Of a stretch of 64,000 nucleotides of DNA, positions 14,220 through 26,754 are shown one piece after another. Position numbers and translations under genes: made by a program. Position 1 is the stretch's first letter; each line of letters opens with the position of its first letter. The stretch is from Octopus vulgaris. Its lineage: Eukaryota. The DNA is taken from contig OX597841.1 in NCBI GenBank assembly GCA_951406725.2, positions 13,516,001 through 13,580,000 of the forward strand, read 5' to 3'. Under the pieces are notes generated by a model. The model searched no databases, was not told where the DNA came from, and saw only the letters and a list, made by a program, of their open reading frames with translations.

Positions 14220-14388
14220 TCGTTAACCTTTATATTACTCTGTTAAATGTGATTATCTCACAGATGCATAGATTCTCATTTCTTAGAACGACATTGTAGG
14301 GTAGGTGTGATAGGCCAGGTCTGGCCAATCTGGACATAAAGCAGGATCTTTTGGCCAAATATGATCAGTCTAAATGCTAAAGGATTAA
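14220..14388. mobile_element. TTAA-flanked (piggyBac-like) MITE subfamily 2 (also 15630-15848, 20790-21018, ~62200-62360)
   Basis: ttaaccctttag...aatgctaaagggttaa-type termini and shared internal sequence. Confidence 0.6.
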
Positions 14389-14401
14389 TACACACACACA
14401 C

Positions 14402-14469
<68 letters not shown>

Positions 14470-14660
14470 GCATCTATACAGATGTATGTATAACTGTATG
14501 CTCTCTATTTTGCCAAACTATGAAGTTAATGCCCACCACCAACTGTAAAGGAAACCCCGTTTTTGTTCATTGTGATCCCTTTTTATGAATCTGTTTGAAA
14601 TCTTTCTCTGGTTTCTTAACTGGTTTCCTTGTTTCTTTTCCGCTTGCGTTGCGCCGCCAG

Positions 14661-14822
14661 GTCCTCTCTGCTGCTACTGTTGTTGCTAAACACACATCTG
14701 CCCTATGTAATGCCTGCCGACTAGCATCGTCAATGACCAGCAACCCTGTAGCTCGGCGCCACTTCGTTCAGGCTGCCAAAGAAGTTGCCAACAGCACTGC
14801 CAACCTGGTAGCTGCTATCAAG
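14661..14822 (+). CDS. TLN1: Talin exon (R8): VLSAATVVAKHTSALCNACRLASSMTSNPVARRHFVQAAKEVANSTANLVAAIK
   Basis: ccag| acceptor, AAG|gtaagt donor, phase 0/0; near-identical to talin VLSAATIVAKHTSALCNSCRLAS...AKEVANSTANLVKTIK. Confidence 0.97.
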
Positions 14823-14989
14823 GTAAGTCGCAACAAAGCATTTCATCCATCTCCATGTTTTGAGTTCAAATTCCACCAAGGTTGACTTTGTAGTTCAACC
14901 TTTCGGGGGTCAATGTCTTCTGCTGATTATTTTTCTTCTTAACCCTTTTGGGAGTTTAATTTGTTTAATTTTTAATTATATTGTTAACA

Positions 14990-15258
14990 TGTGGCACGTA
15001 AATCGTGCCGGTGGCATGTAAAAAGCACCATCCGTTCGTGGCCGTTTGCCAGCCTCGTCTGGCACCTGTGCCGGTGGCACATAAAAAGCACTCTCTACAC
15101 TCATGGAGTGGTTGGCGTTAGGAAGGGCATCCAGCCATAGAAACATTGCCAGATCAGACTGGGCCTGGTGCAGCCTTTGGGCTTCCCAGACCCCAGTTGA
15201 ACCGTCCAACCCATGCCAGCATGGAAAGCGGACGTTAAACGATGATGATGATGATGAC
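14990..15258 (+). mobile_element. RTE 3'UTR-family repeat, young copy
   Basis: ggttggcgttaggaagggcatccagcc...catggaaagcggacgttaaac(gat)n. Confidence 0.8.
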
Positions 15259-15423
15259 TGCAAAACCCTTTCTGTCATCCTGTTTTTGTCTTAGATGTTG
15301 TTGCATGTCTTTTAATGTTTTGTATGTAAGCCCTTGTGGCTAATAAAAGAATAACTTATTATTACTGATGCTGTAATTGTCATTATCAATTGTCTTTGAT
15401 GTATTTCTCGTGTCTCTTTACAG

Positions 15424-15564
15424 AACCTCGACATTGATTTCACTGAAGAAAACCGCCAAAACTGTGCAAAAGCTGCAGTGCCCCTCCTCAAGGCTGTTGA
15501 CGAATTGACTTGTTTTGCTTCTTCACCTGACTTTGCAAGTGTCCCCGCTAAGATCAGTACAGAG
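15424..15564 (+). CDS. TLN1: Talin exon (R8/R7): NLDIDFTEENRQNCAKAAVPLLKAVDELTCFASSPDFASVPAKISTE
   Basis: tttacag| acceptor, GAG|gtaagg donor, phase 0/0; matches ALDGAFTEENRAQCRAATAPLLEAVDNLSAFASNPEF; missing from the + strand ORF track. Confidence 0.95.
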
Positions 15565-16356
15565 GTAAGGACCAACAAGGGCTACTATATGGGGTGGGGG
15601 TTGATCTGTGAGAAATAGTAAGATTTACTTCAACCCTTTGGTATTTAAACCAGTCATATCTGGGGCCCAAGTATTCTCTCTGTTTTCTGTTCAAACTGGC
15701 CAGATCCAGCCTTTCACACCTACTCTGCAATGTCATTCGAAAAAAATAATAATCACACCATTGTGTGATTATTTTCCAGGATTAGCTGGAAACATTGTGA
15801 AAAAATAAGCATTACATTTGAGAGAATAATCTGAATGCTAAAGGGTTAAAATAGGGACCAGATGAACCATTTGAGGGAGCTTCTACGTAGTCACTTGCTG
15901 TCAATTGTTGACCATCAGAGAGGACCTGCTGGCCAAGTCCCTGCTGTTTGTCGGAGCAGATATAACCTGGGTTTCAAGTGGGTTCTAGAGACATGCTTTA
16001 ACAAAAAGCTAAGGGCTGTTTCACTCTCAATGGTCTTCAAGCCCACTGGACACCACCGCAGATTTTCTGAGGGCCTATGCTATTGCTTAAATAGTCAATG
16101 AACCCACATTAGGTTCATGCGTCCTTTTGACAGGTCTTGCTTTTAGTTCTGCTGCATTTCTATTGCTGACAACCCGACCATGCAAAAGGTTGCACTGAAT
16201 AACATAAGGGTGGCTGATAATAGCTGGGTAGAAAACAGTAGTGATAGTGGGTGGGGCTGTGCAAAATCTTGAAGGGCTTTTTAATTTAATGATGCTTTCT
16301 TCGCATAAACTAGATTTGTAATAATAATAATAATAATGTTTGTTCTGTTTAAACAG

Positions 16357-16538
16357 GCTCAAAAAGCTCAAGAACCAATCACTTTGGCCGGCATGTCAAT
16401 GATAGACGGTGCCTGCCATATGCTCCAAGCTGCTAAGCAACTGGCTGTCAACCCCAAAGATCCTTCAACCTACCAGTTGTATTCTAACCATTCCAAGAGT
16501 GTCTCTGATGCCATGAAGAAGTTGGTATCTTCTATAAA
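16357..16538 (+). CDS. TLN1: Talin exon (R7): AQKAQEPITLAGMSMIDGACHMLQAAKQLAVNPKDPSTYQLYSNHSKSVSDAMKKLVSSI(K)
   Basis: aaacag| acceptor, AA|gtaagt donor (phase 2); motif LAVNPxDP...HSxxVSDxxKKL. Confidence 0.96.
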
Positions 16539-17162
16539 GTAAGTGAAGCTTTCACTAAACCCATCTTTTTCCAGTATTTGTATTGTTTCGTCTTTGGTAC
16601 CCCTCTTCACTTGTGGTCCCTTCTTTGTGTGGTGTTGTAGGACTGGTTTGATAGGACAGGGGGTGATTATATAGCGGACACTCTTGCCATAAATGACAGA
16701 CAATGGGTTAGTCCACATTACTCTGTATGGAGCGTAGGGCCAGGTTTCTGGTTTCTCTGGCATACGTATTTCTCCCTGGATGGGATGCTAGTCCATTGTG
16801 GCGATTACTCCTTTTTATCGGCTGAATGAACTGGAACAACATGAAATAAAGTGTTTTGCTCAAGGACACAACTTTTTACCCGCTCCAGGAATCGAAACCA
16901 CAATCTCACTGTCATGAGTCCAACACCCCTAACCACTAGGTCATGTGGCTCCACTAAATGACAGGGGAGGGTTCGGAAATTCCTTGCTGGAAACCTGTGC
17001 AAATGATTTGGCGGCGGTGGTGAGTGCCTCAGTCCTTACACACGCACACAATCACACAAGAGCCCACAAATCTGTACTAATTGCCCTCATTTATGCTCCC
17101 ACCCGACCCCGTTTTCAGTCAGAGTTAACGAGGAACCCTTTTTTTTAATTGTATTCCCACAG

Positions 17163-17397
17163 GGACAGCGCCCCTGGACAGAAAGAATGCGATGAGGCGA
17201 TCAAGCAACTGGAACGTATCATCCGGGAATTGGACCAGGCGTACATGTTGGCCACGAGCCAGAAAATGGTCGATCACAACGAGAAGACGCTGCAAGGTTA
17301 TCAGGAGCAGATGCTGCACTGCCTCTGTCCCATCATCGAGAAAGTGGACAATATTTGCAATGTAGCGAAATCTGAAGCACAGAATCTCGGTCACATG
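17163..17397 (+). CDS. TLN1: Talin exon (R9): DSAPGQKECDEAIKQLERIIRELDQAYMLATSQ...AKSEAQNLGHM
   Basis: cccacag| acceptor phase 2, ATG|gtgagt donor; matches DKAPGQLECETAI...LDQASLAA...EASQLGHK. Confidence 0.96.
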
Positions 17398-17928
17398 GTG
17401 AGTCAACAACTGTCTTCTTCTTCTTCTTCTTCTTCATTCTTCTTCTTCTTCTTCTTGTCGTTCTTGTTTGGTGATGATAGGTGCAGGCGTGGCTGAGTGG
17501 TAAGAAGTTTGCTTCCCAACCCCAAGGTTCCAGGTTCAGTCTCACTGCATGGCATCTTGGGTAAGTGTGTTTTTATTATAGCCTTGAGCCCACCAAAGCC
17601 TTCTGGCAGATGGAAACTGAAAGAAGCCCATCATGTGTGTATGTATATATATATTTATTACTGTTGTATACACTATAAGGTTAATATCTTCCCTTCCAGC
17701 ACTCTATCTCATCCCCAACTCTCATTATTATTATCGTTAAGGTGGCCAGCTGGCAGAATCGTTAGCATGCTGGGCGAAATGCTTAGTGGTCTTTTATCTG
17801 TCATTACGTTCTAAGTTCAAATTCCACCAAGGTCGACTTTGCCTTTTATCCTTTCGGGGTCGATAAATTAAGTACCTGTAAAACACTAGTCCCTAGTTTG
17901 AAGACCTTGTGCCTTCAGTAAAAAGGAT

Positions 17929-18533
17929 TATTACCTCTGCCTTAGCAAAGGCAGAGGTATTGTTTTCAGTCATATTTGTTTGTTTGCCCATGGATAGGAT
18001 ATCTCAAGAACCACTGGATGGATTCAGATGAAACTCCCAGGAATGTTTGGCCTTATGACTGGCATGAACTGATTAGATTTTGGGACCGATCCAGTACCAG
18101 ACAAGGATTCTGGATTATTTTTCCTGTCATTTTTTTTTACTTAATTTTTGGGAGCGGTTTGGTTCATTTTTAGTATTCTCGTTTGTGAGAGCAGTCGAGT
18201 TTATTTCAGATATTCTCATTTTAAAAATCAGCCAGCCTCGTCTGGTCCCCATGCCGGTGGCACGTAAAAAGCACCATCCGACCGTGGCCGTTTGCCAGCC
18301 ACGTCTGGCACGTAAAAAGCACCCACTACACTCACGGAGTGGTTGGCGTTAGAAACACTGCCAGATCAGACTGGGCCTGGTGCAGTCTTCTGGCTTCCCA
18401 GACCCCGGTTGAACCGTCCAACCCATGCCAGCATGGAAAGCGGACGTTAAACGATGATGATGATCTCCAGCTAATCGTTGAGAGGACATTGGTGTTGCCT
18501 TGGCGGAGCTTTGCACTCTCTAAGTGCTCTTGT
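17929..18533 (+). mobile_element. Helentron/HINE-like non-autonomous element with a nested RTE-UTR copy (18231-18463); partial second copy ~61190-61262 (-)
   Basis: 5' hairpin attacctctgcc..ggcagaggta, (tttg)n, 3' end ttggcggag..gcactctctaagtgc. Confidence 0.55.
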
Positions 18534-18545
18534 TATTATTGTTGC

Positions 18546-18578
<33 letters not shown>

Positions 18579-18843
18579 GGTGGCAAGCTGGCAGAATTGT
18601 TAGCACACTGGACAAAATGCTTAGTTGTATTTCGCCCATCGCTATGTTCTGAGTTCAAATTCTGTTGAGGTCAACTTTACCTTTCCTCCTTTCAGGGTCG
18701 ATAAATTAAGTACCAGTGAAACACTGAGGTCCATCTAATCAACTAGTCCCATCCCCCACAAAATTTCAGGCTTTGTGCTCTTAGTAGAAAGGATTATTAT
18801 TATTGTTATTATTATTAATAATTATGTGTGTCTCTATTTCCAG

Positions 18844-19014
18844 ATCTCATTCTTGACCAATTACCTCGGGCCCCTGGCAGAAGGTGCCATTGGTGCCGCA
18901 TCCAAAATGATGAACTCTAAACAACTGTTATCAACACTGGATTTTACTAAAACTGTACTGGAATCTGCTCTGCAGTTTATATATGCCTGCAAGGAAGGGG
19001 GAGGTAACCCAAAG
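18844..19014 (+). CDS. TLN1: Talin exon (R9): ISFLTNYLGPLAEGAIGAASKMMNSKQLLSTLDFTKTVLESALQFIYACKEGGGNPK
   Basis: ttccag| acceptor, AAG|gtaact donor; motif TKTxxESALQxxYxxKExGGNPK. Confidence 0.96.
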
Positions 19015-19296
19015 GTAACTATGCACTGAGCACCTTGGCTTTGTTTCTATCTGTTTATATTTCTATGTCTGTCTGTCTGTCTGTCTCTATATGTATTTTC
19101 TCATCTGCTTATCCTTCTATTAATCTTTATTTATTCCGCTTCCTCAAAATGTGTCTATACGTTTTGCTTAGGCATAGCAAGAATAATAACCTGGTGTAGG
19201 ACTCAATACACGTATGGGTCGGATGAGTTTAGTGTGGTGATTGAAAACAAAGAGATGATTCCGGAAGGGAAAAAAACCAAGGTTATGTGTAATAAA

Positions 19297-19720
19297 CTTC
19301 ATTGGCTTACGGCTGTTTCTGCTGAGTACCAGGGTAACATCCTGTAGCTTCATCAGAGCCTTGAAGATAAAGTGCACTTGATTTGGGAAAGTCAGCTGTA
19401 AGCTAATGAAGTTCGTTACATGACATTTGGTTTTTGCGGTGTCATCTCTTTGTTTTCTAAATGAATTAAGATTTAATAGAATCAAGGCACATCAACATGT
19501 AGGACACCAGAAATGGCTAGGTTCAATAACATAAGGGTTCACGTTGGGGTAATCAACAATGAAGTGTTGCTAGGATTCTGTAGATATGTATGTTCCAAAT
19601 CCAATTTAAGTCATAGGTCCCAGTCTGGAGTTGATCATTGGTATAGTGTATAGATAAAAAGAGAACGCAAATGGTGTTTAGAACTTCCAACATATGTTTC
19701 AGTAGAATTTTAATAATGTA
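19297..19720 (-). mobile_element. Penelope-like 3' fragment: decayed GIY-YIG C-terminus plus pseudo-LTR hammerhead
   Basis: Minus strand ETYVGSS...NPY......CPTC...IL...CH..NF; hammerhead ggct-CTGATGA-..-GAAAC-agcc-GTA-agcc at 19297-19366. Confidence 0.65.
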
Positions 19721-19730
19721 TTCATAGATA

Positions 19731-20130
19731 GGCGCAGGAGTGGCTGTGTGGTAAGTAGCTTGCTAACCAGCCACATGGTTCTGGGTTCAGTCCCACTGCG
19801 TGGCATCTTGGGCAAGTGTCTTCTGCTATAGCCCCAGGCCGACCAATGCCTTGTGAGTGGATTTGGTAGACGGAAACTGAAAGAAGCCTGTCGTATATAT
19901 GCATATATATGTATATGTGTTTGTGTGTCTGTGTTTGTCCCCCTAGCATTGCTTGACAACCGATGCTGGTGTGTTTACGTCCCCGTCACTTAGCGGTTCG
20001 GCAAAAGAGACCGATAGAATAAGTACTGGGCTTACAAAGAATAAGTCCCGGGGTCGATCTCCTCAACTAAAGGCGGTGCTCCAGCATGGCCGCAGTCAAA
20101 TGACTGAAACAAGTAAAAGAGTAAAAGAGA
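19731..20130 (+). mobile_element. Full-length CORE-type tRNA SINE (also 35794-36172, 60687-61073; partial 17481-17640, 23525-23818)
   Basis: ggcgcaggagtggctgtgtggtaag...gggttcagtccc head; gcaccttgggcaagt resembles the MIR CORE domain; internal (TA)/(TG) tract. Confidence 0.85.
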
Positions 20131-20159
20131 GAGATTACATCGTAGTATATAATCCACCG

Positions 20160-20718
20160 GATCTCAAAAAGAGATTAGATTCAGTTTTAGGCTCTGTTTC
20201 CATGATGAAGCTGAGCAACATCTGGAAAACCAATTCCATTAGTCTTCCAAGACTCGGAGGGTTCAAGACTCTGGTGACTTCAAGGCTTCTGAGAGCTGGA
20301 CTCTTGCAGCTGACATGGAGGGAAGAATTTAAGCATTTGAGCCCAAGTGCTTCAGAAGGTCGCAGCCCATCCTGTTACATGGAGCACAAAATGAACATCT
20401 TTGTCTGGCAGGAAGTTGATTAATATTCTGGCAGACGCGAACCAATCCTTGTGCTGGTAAAAAGGTGGCAGCTAGCCTGGTGCAGTCTTGTATCCCGCCA
20501 CAGCTCCCTGTCCAAAACCATTCGTTGGGGGGTGAAAGAGCAGTAGACTGAGAAAATCCTGGTTTGACAACATGAAGGGCCCAGGTAGGTCACAGCACAA
20601 CAAACCTGCTACACATGACGAAAAATAGGGACCACTGGCAACAGCTGACTATGAAAGCATATAGAGTGGCACCTCAATGATTGACTGCACCAGTTAAGGG
20701 ATCTTGGTGGTGATGATG
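20160..20718 (+). pseudogene. Decayed RTE LINE 3' end
   Basis: MKLSNIWKTNSISL, ESWTLAADMEGRI*AFEPKCFRR, VKRWQLAW, RKSWFDNMK, RDHWQ: RTE motifs in the expected order with frameshifts. Confidence 0.75.
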
Positions 20719-21241
20719 TGTTAAAACAATTATCATTAAACCTTTTTAGAATGATTAAGAAAAAAACAGATTTATTTCATTTAGATATGTTAATCCTTTA
20801 GTGTTCAGATTACTCTGTTAAATGTAATACTTTTTCACTCAAATTGTTTTGAATTAATCCTGGATCATCTTACAGCTTTGAGGTTTCAATGATGTGATTA
20901 CTTATTTTTAGAATGGCATTGTAGGTTAGGTGTGAGACGCTAGACATCGCCAGTTTGAATATAAAACATGTAGAATATATTGGGCCGGATTTGGCTAGTT
21001 TAAACACTAAAGGGTTAAATCTATTTATTTTCAATCCGAACCGGTTTCCACTCTAAGTGTTCTTCAGAAGAAAATGAGAAAAGTGAGGTTTTAAGCTGCA
21101 CTGCCCAAGGGAGACTGACAGGCAGATACAGTAGTAAGAATATCTTCCTTCTTGACTAAAAGATGAAAACATATATGAATAAATGAATGACATTTGCTCG
21201 TTTTAATTGATTGTTTTTCTCTTGTTTTTAATGGTGTTCAG

Positions 21242-21388
21242 GCGGAGAAAGCCCATGCCCAGATTGATGAGACAGGAACCGGTCTGAAAGATGTCCTGCA
21301 AGATTTACTTCAGATGATTGAAGAAGCTGCATCGCAGGCCGGTGTTGTAAGCAATATGATAGACAGCATAACTAAATCTATGGCGGAG
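21242..21388 (+). CDS. TLN1: Talin exon (R9/R10): AEKAHAQIDETGTGLKDVLQDLLQMIEEAASQAGVVSNMIDSITKSMAE
   Basis: ttcag| acceptor, GAG|gtatgc donor; motif EAASxAGVVxxMxDSIT. Confidence 0.95.
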
Positions 21389-21544
21389 GTATGCACTCAC
21401 TGCACTCACTTGCACCAGCACTTAGTGGTACACAGAAACACACACACACACACACACAGACATGCACACACCATATATATATATATATATACACAAACAC
21501 ACACTTCTACACATATGCATGCACACATCTTCATATATATATAT

Positions 21545-21876
21545 GGATGGAAGCACTCCGTCGGTTATGACGACGAGGGTTCCGGTTGATCTGATCAAAG
21601 GAACAACCTGCTCGTGAAATTAACGTGTAAGTGGCTGAGCACTCCACAGACACGTGTACCCTTAACGCAGTTCTCGGGGATATTCAGCGTGACACAGAGA
21701 GTGACAAGGCCGGCCCTTTGAAATACAGGTACAACAGAAACAGAAAGTAAGAGTGAGAGAAAGTTGTGGTGAAAGAGTACAGCAGGGATCACCACCATCC
21801 CCTGCCGGAGCCTCGTGGAGCTTTTAGGTGTTTTCGCTCAATAAACACTCACAACGCCCGGTCTGGGAATCGAAAA
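21545..21876 (-). mobile_element. 5'-truncated copy of the 7417 SINE with ~75-bp flanking direct duplication
   Basis: Near-identical to 7418-7747; flanks 21470-21544 and 21876-21950 are duplicated. Confidence 0.85.
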
Positions 21877-22176
21877 CCATATATATATATACACACACAA
21901 ACACACACTTCTACACATATGCATGCACACATTTTCATATATATATATATATATATATATACGCACACATATACAAGCACACATACACATATGCATGCAT
22001 ACAAAGATGTGTGTACACGTACATACACACACACACACACACACACAAATGTGATTTTCCACTTGGGAGATTTATGTTTTGTATTTGGATCTTTCAGTAG
22101 TTGGGTTGTTCTCTCTTTTGTCTTTTTCTCTTATTGCATATTTCATAAATATAGACATGTGTATGTATAAATGCGA

Positions 22177-22226
<50 letters not shown>

Positions 22227-22388
22227 TATGTATATATATTTAGATGACTGTATTAGCATCTCTCTCTTTCTCTCTCCTAGTCTTTCTTATGTGCCTTAGT
22301 GCCTCTTCGCACATATGCACACAAACCCACACACACACTCTTTCTATCTCTCTCCATGTTTCTATCTAAATATTTATCTATCTCTCTC

Positions 22389-22419
<31 letters not shown>

Positions 22420-22859
22420 GTATATATATATGCTTAGTGTGATGCACTGACGATCACTAGATTATGGGTTCGATGTATTAGTTTAACGCTCAGGAAGTGA
22501 GAAAGTCTTTTACATTTCGAGCCTATGCTCTTCAGCAGAAAGGAACACAGAAATATATATTTTCTTCTGTCGACTTCTGTTCCTTTACATATTTGTTCCT
22601 TTCCCCTCTATCTCCCTCCTTACCTATCTCTCTCTATCCATCACCTTGCCTATGTATCTATCTATCTACCGATTTCTCTACCTGTATATCTAGTGGTCTA
22701 TCTACCTCTCCATCTAGCTGTCTGTTTGTCCTTTCTTAGTATAGATTTATTGATTTACCTACTTCTCTGATTTGCATGCTCTCCAACTATCTCTTGCACT
22801 ATTTTTTCCTCACTTCCTCCGTCTCTTTATTTTTTGCTCTATCTATCTTTCTCTCTGTC

Positions 22860-22900
<41 letters not shown>

Positions 22901-23132
22901 ACATAAATATATATATGTATGTTGGGGTAAACAAATAGTGGAGAAATGTACTCAATACTCCGATAAGAGTATATTTCTTTGTTCAAGACTGGTGACTTTT
23001 TAAATTTTTTTGTCATGTGTCATCTTTCAGGGAAGAAATCTTGAATATTGACTGTATGAATCTTCAATACACTCACTCACTCTCACACACATCCATATGC
23101 ACACACACACACACACACACACTCTCCCCCTT

Positions 23133-23164
<32 letters not shown>

Positions 23165-24207
23165 AAAGTCTTTGTCTTGCACGATCCTTGGTGACCTCAC
23201 TGGTACTGGTGCCACATAAAAAGCACTTAGTACACTCTGTAAAGTGGTTGCCATTTGGAAGGCCATCCAGCTGTAAGAACCATGCCAAAGCAGACCTCGC
23301 TGGTGCCACATAGAAAGCATGCAGTTCAGTTTGTGAAATTGTTGGCACTAGGAAGGGCATCTGGCTATAGAAACCTTTCCAAAATGGATATTGGGGCCTG
23401 ATGCAGTCATCTGGGTTGCCAGCTCCTTTGAAACCAACCAATGCATGCCAGCTTGGAAGATGGTTGCTAAACGATGATCATGTCTCTCTCACATACACAC
23501 ACACATTAGCTATGTATATCTTCTACTATAGCCTCAGGCTGACCAAAACCTTGTGAGTGGATTTGTTAGTTGGAAACTGAAAGAAGCCCATCATAGAAAT
23601 AAGTATGTGTAAGTCTTTGGGTTTTGTCCTCCACCATCTTTTCCCAACTGGTGTTGGTTTGTTTACATCCCTATAACTTTGCGCTTCAGCAAAAGAGTCA
23701 AATAGAGTACGTACCAAGCTTCAAAAAAAGTACAAGGGTCAATTCGTTCAACTAAGAATACTTCGTGATGGCGCCACAGCATGGCCATGGTCCAATGATT
23801 CAAATAAATAAAAGACAAAATATATTTGCTAAAAAGGCAGGTTGGTCACGGTTGACCAATGAGTCAGACAACTTCTACAAGAATTATTATGTTTTTTCCT
23901 TCCTTCTTTCTTCAAATTTTCTTCCGTTTCTCGCCGAGTGTTTTCCATACACCTAGGGCAGAGAAGGGCATTGTATGCATTTCCAGATTACACGCAAATT
24001 CACAGATAAAATATGTATTTAAAAATTAATAAATAAAAAAATTCATGGATGGATGTTATTTTCACAGCGATAGTGCTCTTCTCTTATTATTATTATTATA
24101 TTTATTACTATTATTATTATTATTATTATATTTATTATCATTATTATATTTATTATTGCTATTATTATTATTCTCTTCATAACTCTGTCTTGTGTTCTTC
24201 TCCACAG

Positions 24208-24309
24208 ACTGATCTCAACCTAGATGTGACTGATGGCAAGTCCTATGTAGATTACCAAACCAGTATGGTGCGTCTCGCTCGACAGATTGCCAGCTCAGCT
24301 CAAGACATG
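24208..24309 (+). CDS. TLN1: Talin exon (R10): TDLNLDVTDGKSYVDYQTSMVRLARQIASSAQDM
   Basis: ccacag| acceptor, ATG|gtaagg donor; motif SFVDYQTxMVR. Confidence 0.95.
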
Positions 24310-24389
24310 GTAAGGTTCCGACAACGCTCTTCTCCTCTCCTCTCTTGTCCGTGTTTTTTTTTTAGGACTTTCACTTTGATGTGTTGCTC

Positions 24390-24800
24390 TCTAACGTCTC
24401 TCTCCACCTAAAATCTCCCTCTCTCTCTCTCCTGCTAAAGACTCTCTCTCTCTCCATCTAAAGTCCTCTCTTCCTCCCATGTAAAGCCTCTCACTCTGAT
24501 CCCTCTCTCTCTCTCCATTTAAAGCCTCCCTCTCTCTCTCCATCTGAGGTCTCTCTTCCTCCCATCTAAAACCTTTCTCTCCTCCCCCTCTCTCCAACCT
24601 CTCCTCCCCTCTCTCCCTCCCTCCCTCTCTCTTTCTCTCTCCTCCCTTTCTCTCTCTCTCCATCTGAAGTCTCTCTTCCTCCCATCTAAAACCTCTCTCT
24701 CCTTCCTCTATCTCTCCTTCTCTTCTCTCCTTGCCCTCTCTCTCCCTCCCTCCCTCTCTCTTTCTCTCTCTCCCCCCTTTCTCCTCTCTCTCTCTCTCTT
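24390..24800. repeat. (CT)-rich degenerate tandem repeat
   Basis: Repeats of ctctctctccatct(a/g)aag...ctctcttcctcccat. Confidence 0.8.
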
Positions 24801-24984
24801 TTTATTCTGCCATTTCATTTGATTTGTCTCCCAAAAAGATAAAAAGCAAAATCGACTTCAGCGGAATTTGAACTCAGAACGTAAAGACACACCAAATGCT
24901 GCCAAGCCTTTTGTCCACTGTGCTAACAGTTCTGCCAGCCCCACCGCCTCCTTCTTGTGCCCATGTATATGATAAAAACAACTG

Positions 24985-25179
24985 TTGCTGTTGTTGATGA
25001 TGGGGTGGAGATGACCGTGATGGTGGTTGTGGTAGAGATAATGGCAAAGGAGACGACAATGGTGCTGATGATGGTGATGGTGATAATGATGATGGTTTTT
25101 GTGGTTACAATGGAGATGATGATGACAATGATGAGGATGATGACGATGATGATGACGATGATGATGATAATGACGATGG

Positions 25180-25211
<32 letters not shown>

Positions 25212-25327
25212 GTGATGAGGAAAATGATGAGGATGATGACGACAATGATGGTGGTGATGATGATGACGACGACAATGATGGTGGTGGTGGAGAAAACAAT
25301 ACTGGTTTACATAATGGTGATGATGAT
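24985..25327. repeat. (GAT/GGT)n trinucleotide microsatellite
   Basis: Directly visible. Confidence 0.9.
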
Positions 25328-25372
25328 ATTTCCTGATTTTAATTTGTTTTTTTTCTTTTGGTTTCTTTGCAG

Positions 25373-25492
25373 CTTGGAAAGAATGAAACAAACATATCAG
25401 AACTTGGGGCTTTGGCCAACAAATTGACCAGAGATTATCGTCAGCTAGCAAGCAATTCTCGCGGTGCATGCATGACTGCTAACAGCCCTGAG
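25373..25492 (+). CDS. TLN1: Talin exon (R10): LGKNETNISELGALANKLTRDYRQLASNSRGACMTANSPE
   Basis: tttgcag| acceptor, GAG|gtaagc donor; matches ELGPLANQLTSDYGRLAS. Confidence 0.94.
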
Positions 25493-25547
25493 GTAAGCTA
25501 ACTCACCCCGGTCCCTCATCCACCCTTGTTTCAGCCTCATCTGATGA

Positions 25548-26130
25548 TTAACCCTTTTGATACCAACCCAGCTGAAACCACTTCTGGCTCTGTAGTACAA
25601 ATGTCTTGTTTTCATAAGTTCTCAATTAAAATCTTCCAGCAAACCTTAGTCACAATTTATGTTCCTAACACTAGCTTAACGATAACGAAGTTATTTTACT
25701 AAATTCTTTGTTTATATTTAAAATTAATTGAAAGAAACACAGAGCATCTCAACAGTAATTATGGTAACAAAAGAGTTAAGAAGAAAAATAATCAGCAGAA
25801 GACATGAGAAGGAGAGACTCAATGTGGTCACTCTATATGCTAGAAATAATAGCCTAAATTTCCTTCAATGCACACCCTTCCAACTGCTTCTAATGTGCAT
25901 CTGCCCAAATGTAGAAGTGTGTTTAACCCTTTCAATGCCAACCTGGCTGAAACCACTTCTGGCTCTGTCGTACAAATGACTTGTTTTCATAAGTTCTGAA
26001 TTAAAATCTCTCCAGCAAACCTTAGTCACAATTTATGTTCCTAACACTAGCTGAATGATAATGAAGTTATTTTTCTAAATTCTTTGTTATATTTAAAATT
26101 AATTGAAAGAAACACAGAGCATCTCAACAC
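25548..26130 (+). mobile_element. TTAA MITE - spacer - TTAA MITE cassette (piggyBac-like)
   Basis: ttaacccttt..ggtaacaaaagagttaa termini; whole cassette repeated inverted at 36572-37146; related pair at 54184-54566. Confidence 0.75.
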
Positions 26131-26395
26131 AGCCTCCCCCACAAAACTACTAGTCTCAAGTACTGTAACAACCTGAACGCCCATTCTGGAGCAATGTTGT
26201 GATGTTAGTCATGTTTTGGAAACTGGGAAAGTGACTTTCTAAGCCTTAGGGTTTGATGAAAACAAACCCTGCCATTGATGTGACCCCTCTGCCCTGCATT
26301 CATTTCATTGTTTAATGTGTTTAGTCCCCATTGACCCAATATCCGTCTGTCTGTCTGTCTGTCCATTGTCTCCATGTCAATCTTTTAAATTTCAG

Positions 26396-26542
26396 GTGAC
26401 AAACCGTATCAAGACATCAGTCATTGAACTGGGCAAGAGCTGTATATCCCTGGCGCAAGATGCAGGAAGCATGCAGTCGAACCCCTCGGACGAGTTCTGT
26501 AAGCGGGACCTGAATGCACACGTGAAAGAGGTTACTGAAAAG
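26396..26542 (+). CDS. TLN1: Talin exon (R10): VTNRIKTSVIELGKSCISLAQDAGSMQSNPSDEFCKRDLNAHVKEVTEK
   Basis: tttcag| acceptor, AAG|gtgagc donor; matches IKHRVQELGHGC...AGALQCSPSD...VSEK. Confidence 0.95.
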
Positions 26543-26754
26543 GTGAGCCGAGATTTGAACTTGTGTGTTGATTGTATGTATGTTGGGCTGGGCAAAGCAG
26601 GTGGACCTGTGGCGCGGTCTTGGTGTGAGCATGATGTGGCAGAGTGTGCACTGTGGGGGTCGAGAGGCAGGTGTCTGTGGGGTTGGATGTGGGTGTCTAC
26701 CTGTGTTCGTCTGTGACTTGCTGAATGCTTATGTGGGTCTGTGCAAGGTGTAAA

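Noticed and set aside
24858-25469. Poly-His / poly-Met / poly-Ser ORFs
   Set aside because: (GAT)n microsatellite; the real coding part is the + strand exon 25373-25492 in another frame
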